Origin: Schmidtea polychroa
Taxonomy: Eukaryota
DNA: 64,000 nucleotides
Reading direction: 5' to 3'
NCBI GenBank assembly: GCA_044892525.1
Contig: CM097885.1
Location: forward strand, 27,220,001 to 27,284,000
Shown: positions 52,788-61,600 of the stretch, piece after piece
How positions within the stretch are numbered: position 1 is the stretch's first letter
Layout: each line of letters begins with the position of its first letter
Position numbers and translations under genes: made by a program
Notes under the pieces: model-generated
The model's database searches: none
The model's input: only the letters and a program-made list of their open reading frames with translations
What the model was told of the DNA's origin: nothing

Positions 52788-53845
52788 TGTTGGGTTTTGG
52801 ATTATTTCAAGTCGGTTCTCTCTGACTCCTGGTGTTCTTTAAATTAAAACAATGAACGACCCAACGTATATTGAAACAACAGGTTCACAAATTATTATCA
52901 CTCTACAATTACCAATCAAAGTTTTATACGATTCTCCGCTCGGCGTTGATGCTTTGCAAACAAACAATATTCACCTTTTGATCCTTTAGTTCTGTTGACT
53001 CTCGTTTTCCTCGGTTTCTGTTTGGTTTGATCCCTTTTCGCCTTTCCGTATTCTTAATTCTATTTCTTCTTTTCCCTACCTCCCTAATTCGTTTATTAAC
53101 TTTTCCTATCAACTGATTCTTCGAACCCTAGCTGAGGCAGAATGCCGATTTTCTCTGATTTTCCCTTTGCTTATATACTCCTCGAAATCAGGATGACAAA
53201 TGGTTATTGCCGAGCCAATCTTTCGTTTGACATTTTCTCCTACGTGTTTGCTTCGGCTGTCATCCATAATGGTCCAACGAATCCAGATAATTAATGCCCC
53301 TACCAGTCTTCCTACGCGCGCTATCTTCTCCTTACTCTTTTCCCATTAATCATTGTGTCAAACTAATGGGCCCAAATCTTCCTTTTGTTTGCCTTTCTTC
53401 TTGTTTACCCAGCTCGGGTTTCCTTTATCTATCGGGTTCTCCATTGGCTCGGGTTTCCCATTAGCTCGGGTTTTCCATTAGCCAATTAATTAATTAATTA
53501 ACGTTTTCTGTTTTCATACGTTTGAATGTTTTTCGACCCTTCCTAACCCTTTTCTGATAAATCCCTAACCATCATCTTGTTGACCATTAGCTACTCTATA
53601 CCTGTCCCGTTTTCCCATTCGATTTCGATGATTTTTCCATTTATTGATTTTTCTCGGATTTCCGGATTCTCGCCTTTCGTAATTGCCTTTTGCATTTTCT
53701 AATACTGTTTCCATCGCACTTTCCTTTACTATTAATTCTGTGCACGATCCCGCTTTTATTTGCCATTTTTCCTCGCTTACTTTCCAGTTGAATTATTATC
53801 CTAAATTTTATTTAAATTTTTAATTTTAATTTACAGACCTCAACA
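52788..53845 (-). mobile_element. 3' LTR (1058 bp) of a Ty3/gypsy element
   Basis: TGTTG...CAACA termini; immediately preceded on the minus strand by a polypurine tract; related solo copies at 2430-3208 and 51355-51725. Confidence 0.85.
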
Positions 53846-53858
53846 TATCTCCCCCCTT
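53846..53858 (-). promoter_or_regulatory. Polypurine tract (AAGGGGGGAGATA) abutting the 3' LTR
   Basis: The minus strand reads TCGAGGACGAAAAAATTTTTTTAAGGGGGGAGATA|TGTTG. Confidence 0.85.
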
Positions 53859-55667
53859 AAAAAAATTTTTTCGTCCTCGAAATCTATGTTTTGCTGTGAT
53901 TATGTATTATTATTATTATTATTGTTGTCATTATTATCACTATTATTATTATTATTAATATTACCCTTATTATTATTATTACTATTTATCCGAATTATTA
54001 CTTCAAGATATAGACATTTTAATTTTTCAGATTAATTTTATATTTTAATTGCTCTATGAATTAATTAATTATTGATTTTATTGGTTTTAATTATTTTAAA
54101 TTATATTTAAAGTTTTTAGTTATTGCAATAATCGACTTTCAAAATTCATTTTCCAAAAGACCTATTAATTTCCCATTTGCATTTGTCGATATTCCTGTAG
54201 CCAAAACGTCACTCTGAAATGGATCCACAGTCCAATTCTTATTTGCGCAATTGTTTTTATTTTATTTTTGTTTCACTGAAATAAAAATGTACTCTCACAG
54301 TTTCATTTCATTTTTAGTAATACAGTTTTCAAAAGACTTATTTATGGTGTCGACTATAATTTGCCCCTTATTTTATTATACATTTTAAAATTATAAGTTT
54401 GATTTAAAATTTATAAATTAAAAATTTCAATCCTATAAGCTTCAGGATAAATTTCACATTGTGTAATTATATATATATTTTTTTTTTTGTAGAGAAATAT
54501 AACAACATTTCGATGCCTTTGTTATAAACCCAAAAACATTTTCTGTTTGAATTGAAAAAAATGGTTTTGATTTTAAATATATTCTAATTGTATTAATTTT
54601 ATCAGACATTTCTAATCAATGGGAAAATTTTTTTTTCTCTCTTCGATATATTCGGCTTCGTGCAATTGCCGATCATGGACTCAAAACGCCTTGGAAAAGA
54701 GATAAGATAAATTTTTTTCGTCGTGTAAACCGAGATTGGCCAATGTAAACAAAATAGAGGTGATTAATGGGATTTGCTGATTAATTTTTGTCAGAAAGGA
54801 AATAAAATGTACAACACCCAATCAGTTTGCAGTTGTATGTATGTAATGGTAATGAAATTATTTCTCTTCATAAAGAGCAATAAAAATAAACTACACATTT
54901 GATTGGCCATTTGAAAGAGAGAAAATATAGCCTACTGATTTGTATTTAAAAATCGATTTTCGCTAACGAATTATTTAAAATACATTTATTTTTTTTATAT
55001 TAGAGTTTATTTCATTCACACTTATTTATGGTTGACGATTGGGTTATAAAAACCATGTATGCTACCAAACGTCGAAGAAGAAACACAAAATGGTTAGATT
55101 AATTTTTTTTTGTATTAATTGTATAAAAATTCGAATTATTCTCAGTTATTGATTCTCTATCAAAACCGATGATTGATAAGTTGGGGAAAAATCGATATGC
55201 ATTGACAACAATAAATTATGAGAATTATAGCACAGGTTTGAAATATATATTTATCTAATCTGTCGATCAAATCTCAGAATTCCAGCTCAAATCGGAGGTT
55301 CAATAAAATAATGAAAATTTTTTTTTTATATTCTGAAATATTTTTAACAAATGACTTTTTTTTTTGGGTTTATTAATTTATATTTTTAAGATTGAAGTAG
55401 GTTTATTATTTATTCAATTTATGTAACAATTATATCTGATGTTATGAAATATCGGCAATTATAAAGCAATTCAATGATTTGTATAAAATTGTTATTAATC
55501 CTGTTATTTATTAGCATGAGGATTTGAGTGGATATAATAATATTTAGGCATTTGAGTAATGCTTGCAAATTATAATTGGAAATTATTTGAAAATTACCAA
55601 AGAATAATAATATTTGCAGTTCCCTGAAATGTTAGAGATTTAAATGAGAAATAAACTTGAAAAATTA

Positions 55668-55695
55668 CTACTACTATTATTATTACTACTATCCA

Positions 55696-55753
<58 letters not shown>

Positions 55754-55872
55754 TATTGTTACAATTATTACTGTTATTACCACTATCATTACCATCATTA
55801 TTATCAATATTATTATTTTATCAATATTATTATTATTATTATTATTATCAATATTATTATTATTATTATTTA
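55668..55872. repeat. (TTA)n-rich microsatellite
   Basis: Direct observation. Confidence 0.9.
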
Positions 55873-55899
55873 TCACAATCCTACTCCAATTATCGCAAT

Positions 55900-56056
55900 T
55901 ATCGGGACGTCTATTAATTGAGGGAAATAATTTTTATCGGGACGTCTATTAATTGAGGGAAATAATTTTTTTATCTGGACGTCTATTAGTTGGGGTAAAT
56001 AATTTTTTATCGGGACGTTTATTGAGGGAAATACTTTTTATCTGGACGTCTATTAA
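55900..56056. repeat. Tandem array of ~35-bp units (atcgggacgtctattaattgagggaaataattttt), about 4.5 copies
   Basis: Direct observation. Confidence 0.9.
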
Positions 56057-56699
56057 AAATTAATAAATCAAGTAGACTAACGACAGTCTGGTCAGGTTAT
56101 TGTTATGTGGTGAGAATAAAAGAAATTTTTAATAGTATCTGATTAAATTATATTTTGTTACAATTTGCATTTTTTACAATTTTTGTGTGCGAGTTTATGA
56201 ATTCATTAATTGATTAGACTGGCGCCTTTGGTGGAAATCAACAGTAAAATTTATTGAAAATTTCTTATACTATATTAGTAGCGCGATGATATTAGCTGTG
56301 GTTGTTGTTATTGTTCAAGATGAATACGGTTTACCAAGAATATGGATAATATTGTGGTTAATAACAGAGTTGAGCAGTTGATGGGATATGCTTGTGTGTC
56401 TGTCTGTGTGTGTCTTTATGGTTTGATCGATTTTTATGTGCAAAATATTTGTCTAATTTATTCCCAGTCGCAAGGTAATTTATTTATTCTTTTTATTTAT
56501 ATTTTTTCTTTCATCATTATTACCATTATTATTAATATTATAATTTAAAATAATTTTTTGTTATTAATAACTTATTGGTTTATTTCGCTCGCAGCATGGT
56601 AAAAAGTTAATCTCCCCCGCACCGACCGACTCATGATATCACTTGTTTACTCAGCCTGATAAGGTATCTGCGATGAACATTAATATTCCGAATGAATTT

Positions 56700-56845
56700 T
56701 TTACTTATCCTGCGGTTTTTGACGTAGCAGATACTGATAGGCTCTATAATTAATTACCCTGTGGTTTCTTAACGTAGCCCGTGCTGATAAGCTTTCTAAT
56801 TAATTACCCTGTAGTTTGTTAACGTAGTCTGTACTGATAAGTGTT
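56700..56845 (+). repeat. Three ~49-bp tandem repeats with ACGT and GATA motifs, upstream of a TATA box
   Basis: Unit cctgtggtttcttaacgtagcccgtgctgataagctttctaattaattac; CTATATAAG at 56846-56854. Confidence 0.8.
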
Positions 56846-56973
56846 CTATATAAGTGTCTGCTTTACCACTTTTCGTTAGTTTTGTCTTGCCAATCTTGAA
56901 GTAAGCATTTTATATTTTATTTTTCTTTTTCATATTTTTTTTTGAATTTTAGTAACGCCATCCCTCAATTACT

Positions 56974-57686
56974 ATGGACGTAAGTGATTACTTGTCTTTT
57001 GTTATTTTTTTTTTGTTTTTGTGATTCTTTTTACCATGCTGTCCTCAACTATTAGTAATGCGTTCCCTCATAGCAACCGAACATTTGCAATCGCTGTCCA
57101 GGGTAGCCAAACCCCGGTGATTGCAAGTGCTCGTGTTGCTTATTAAATTAACTTATTGATGTTTATTAAATTAACTTATTTACTTTTTAATTTTAATTCG
57201 TTAATTTGTTTATGCAACTACCTACACTCATGTTTTGGGTCATATATTTTTGATTTTTGATTTTGTATTTATACTAAAAGCAAACCTCTAATTACAGCTA
57301 CTCGTATTTTTCTGACAATTTTAGCCGTATTTATACTTATTTATCAATTACTTCCCTGCACTAATTATTTGTCGAGGGCGCCATGGTACGGAGTTTTACA
57401 TAGTATTTATTTCATTTTTCTTTTCAACCCTTACTATTTTAGGCTGTCCCAGAACCTAAGTTTGAGCATCTCGATGTTATGCAATGGTTATTTGACTGCC
57501 ATACTAACAGGTTTATTTAATTTCTTTTTAAGGGTCCCCTTGCCACCGCGTCGAAAGCGATTGAAACGTACCTTTGCCTGTGTGGATACAGGCAGTAGGT
57601 TTGAAAGACGCCCGCCTTGCAATGTACGCAGGGAATGGGACTGTGGCATCCAAAGTCCCGTTCTGTTGGACTCTGATGACGAATAA
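56974..57686 (+). CDS. Predicted antisense spliced mini-gene (~67 aa; basic NLS-like PPRRKRLKR, acidic tail)
   Basis: Coding pieces 56974-56979, 57443-57486 and 57533-57686 join in frame; GT-AG introns, one with TACTAAC; AATAAA overlaps the stop codon. Confidence 0.5.
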
Positions 57687-58215
57687 AACTTTGAATAAAT
57701 GTTCAGCATACCTTTGTTTTTAATTTATGCTAGAAAGGGTGGGGTAGTTGTGTCCCTCTTCGTGAATAGTCTTTGTTACTACTAATGTGAAATTATTCCC
57801 TACTTATTTATAATTTTGTTCTCTCGCCCCAGTGGGTTACCCATTGCTATATAGTTATGCTAATTCATTAATTACTAATCAGCCATGCTCATTTAAGGTA
57901 GTCATTTCATTATTTGCAACATTTATTTGAGTTATTCTATTTGCTCGTTTTTCTTTATTATTCATTTATTTAATTTATCACTTTTTTAATTATTTGTTTA
58001 TATCAATTTGTTTATTCATTTGATTATTTACTTGGTAATCTACTTATTTTTTTATTTAACTATTATCTATCACTGCCAATTATTTCTTTATATCAATTTG
58101 TTTATTTATTTGATTATTTGTTAATTTACTTATATTTATTTAACTATTATTTTTTTTTCCCGAGGACGAAAAACACCAACAGGGTCCGTTTAAATAATTT
58201 ATTTTTTTAGTCTAA

Positions 58216-58452
58216 TTAATTTATCTCACCATCATCTTCCGATTCCTCTATTTCTTCTACTCTCATTCGAAACATCGCGAAATCGGCTTCGTGTTGAAAC
58301 AATAAGATTTCCAAACGGTCCAACCGCCTTTTCAGACGGAAGTTTTCTTCCTCCAAATCTGTTATTCTGCCCTGCATGCTACGAAACTTTTGCTTTAGTT
58401 CTTGCGTACTTGTTTTACACTCTTTGCATGACATCTCCGAGGCTTCTTGCAT
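58216..58452 (-). CDS. 78-aa leucine-zipper/coiled-coil accessory ORF downstream of pol
   Basis: Heptad L19-M26-L33-L40-L47 with Asn37 at an a position, N-terminal CxxC, acidic C-terminus; splice acceptor ttaatttcag 3 nt upstream of the ATG. Confidence 0.55.
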   Translation of the reverse strand: MQEASEMSCKECKTSTQELKQKFRSMQGRITDLEEENFRLKRRLDRLEILLFQHEADFAMFRMRVEEIEESEDDGEIN

Positions 58453-58626
58453 TCTCTGAAATTAAATGATAGTCATTTTTTTGTATCACTCTTTATTCGC
58501 AAAGCATCAACACCTCGCTTCGAATCTCAAACAAATTACACAGTTCATCCTATGGTACTTATAAAACATGCACATTGTTAATATAAATGTAATATATTTT
58601 TATACACTATTCATGCAGATCACAAT

Positions 58627-61600
58627 TTATAGTCTTGTCTCATAATATGAATATGATGGTGGTTGAAGGATAGTTAGTTGTCTCTCTTTTACACATATCA
58701 AGATAGTGATGATTATGAAGGTTATTGATAAGATGAGAAAACCTGTTATTAAAATGTAAATGAGATATTCACAATAGTTGATTGTCAAATCCGAATTTAT
58801 CATCATTAGTTTATTTGAGTTAGGTTTTGTCGTCTCTTGGGTCGGTAATTGGAAAGGTGATGTGGTTGTATCTGATTTTCGTTTCGATTCATTGATTGTC
58901 TTGACTTCCACGAAAACTGTTTGCCATCTGCCTGGTTCGGTTATCCATCGCTGATATTTAACTGTTAATTCCCATGCCGTCTCTAAATCAGAAGTGTAAA
59001 GTGTAAAAAAATGATTACCGGCATCTAATATAGTCAGGGTTTTTTGTTTGTAGATAATAACAACTCTTTCATCATTTCCTGATTTTCTATATATCGTTAC
59101 CGGTCCATTTCCAACACTCAGGGTTATACGATTTGACTCGTCTCTGAGATAGATAGACTGGGTCTCACTCTTAAATCGTGACCATTGGTTTCTCACTACC
59201 GTTCCATTTTCGAGGCATATGTTCACGTAGTAGTTTGCATTAACTGAATAATTTTGATTCATTTTCAATTTCTCGTAGCGGATAAATGATTTTCGCGAGT
59301 TAAGGGTGTCAACATTTAACCCTTGAAATGTGATTCGCACTTTCACCAAGTCCACTGGCTTCCAATATATATTGATTCCATTTATCTCTGGTTCTATTTC
59401 GATCAAGTTTCGCATCTCTTTTGTGTGCACTTCTATCGGAATTTGCGTGTACCACTTTGACATGTTCTGTCTCAACAGCCATTGGTACTTGAAATTTGGC
59501 TTTAACTTTCGTACTGCAAATATATCTTTATCATAATTCAGTTCTACCACTGGTGCCGTATTGTCTAGTAAATCAATAATTTCTATTTGGTCTGCGATCT
59601 CGCATTTACAGCTCCATGCCATATTTGTTAGAGTGGAATATATATGTATTTTCTCCATTCCTCGGATTTTGCTTACCGCATATGGTAAGTCAATCTTTTT
59701 GCCGCTCGCAACTGTTATTAACATCAGCATTATTGCTACATATAATATCTTATTGATGTAGCTGACTGGTGTTGGATTTTTCGTGAATTTCTGTTTCAAT
59801 TTTGTTTGACCCGTTACTTTATTCTGCTTGGATCTTAAGGGGTATCTAGATTCATCTTCCTCTGGCACTAGTTTACATCGATTTGCATGCACAATCATCG
59901 GGTTAGCCTTTTTGCTCCTGAATGGTAATAACTTCAAATTGGTTTCGGTGGTGTCGCACACTTTGTAGGGTCCTTTAAATGGTCTTTGCAATTTAGGCGA
60001 TAAACCTTTGAGAGGTTCCGGCCTGTTCAGATATACTAGATCTCCAATCTTTATGCCATGCGCATGTGCTTTTTTATCGTAGGTTTCTTTATATTTCTCT
60101 TGGTTGTGCTTTATTGTCAAACCGGCTTTAGTCCATACTGACTGCATTCTTTCTTGCATCAATGCTTTATAATCGGGTATCTCCATATATTGTGAAATTG
60201 GTGGTTGGAATTTGAGATCAATCGGCATATTATTTTTCCTTAAATACATCAAATAAAAAGGGGTCTCACCTGTACTTTGATTTACTGCATTTCTGTAGGC
60301 AAATAGACACGGCTTTATGAAGTCGTCCCAATCTTTCTGTTTTCGGTTCACATATGATGAGATCATATTTATCAGTGTCCCATTAAATCGTTCCACTAAT
60401 CCATCAGTTTGTGGATGATATGGTGACGTATTCAATTTCCAAATTCCAAATAGGTCTGTGATTGATTTGAACATCTCGCTTTGAAAGTTCTTTCCTTGAT
60501 CAGTTAACAATTTCTTTGGAGTACCATAGCGAAATATTATGTTTTCCACAAATATTCTAGCAATCGTGTCTGCTTTTTGGTTTGGAATAGCGTATGCCTC
60601 TGGCCATTTGGTAAAATAGTCACAAAAAACAACAATGTATTTGTTTCCTTTTGTTGTTTCCGGTAATGGTCCCAGAATATCCATTGCCGTCATCTCCATT
60701 GGTGCTGCGGGTACTGGCATCGGTTTTAATGGTACTTTAATCTTTTTACCAGTATTTCTGCGGGTGATGCATACTTTGCAACTGTTACACCAATTTTTCA
60801 CGTCTTGCTCCATTGTTGGCCAAAAGTATTTCAATTTTAATCTTGATAGCGTCTTGCGCGTTGACAAATGACCTCCCAACGCTCCATCATGATACTGCAT
60901 CAGTAATGCGTCTCTGTGCTTGGCTGGTATAATAATTAATGCTTCCCCATTTTTCCAACATTTAAGTATTCCATTATGAATTACATATTTGCTGTTTGCA
61001 TCTGTAAGTCGTTTCCAGTCTTGTTCTTTTCTTATTTTGACCGCTTGTTCCATAAATTGTTTTAATTCACTATCGTTTTCCTGATCATTTTGAAGTTCAG
61101 ACATATCATTAACAGCTTTGATTGCAGCGAATATAGTACCTTCCAATTTTTCAGGTGTCCCTTCACTATTACTTTCTGGGATTCTCGACATTGCATCTGC
61201 GTTCGCGTTAGCTTTACCTGTCCGATATTTAATCTCAAAGTCGTATTCTTGGAGGGCAATCGACCATCGTATTAATTTACTGGCTGAATCTCTGTGTTTC
61301 ATTAACCACTGTAATGGATTATGATCTGTATAAACAGTAAATTTTCTGCCCAATAAATATTGTCTAAAAGTAGTAATTCCATACACTAACGCTAACGTTT
61401 CCTTTTCAATCGTTGAGTAGTTTTTCTCGTGAGGCCTCAGTGATCGGCTTGCGTAGGCTATTACGTGGTCCTTTTCACCTTCAAATTTTTGTCCCAATAC
61501 CGCACCCAATGCAACGTTGCTTGCATCCGTCATCAAGATAAATTGTTTCGTAAAATCTGGACATCTTAATATAGGAGTTGTCACTAATTTCTCTTTTAAT

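Noticed and set aside
55900..56056. ~35-bp repeats as a CRISPR array
   Set aside because: The units are head-to-tail with no unique spacers, and there are no cas genes.
56605..56625. Alternative PPT (GCGGGGGAGA on the minus strand) closer to pol
   Set aside because: It is not followed by TG and no matching LTR terminus was found.
57670..57690. CTGATGA as a hammerhead core
   Set aside because: There is no stem II or GAAA at the right spacing; it is explained as SDDE codons.
57488..57709. Minus-strand 73-aa ORF
   Set aside because: It overlaps the better-supported plus-strand spliced model and has no recognisable motif; not fully excluded.
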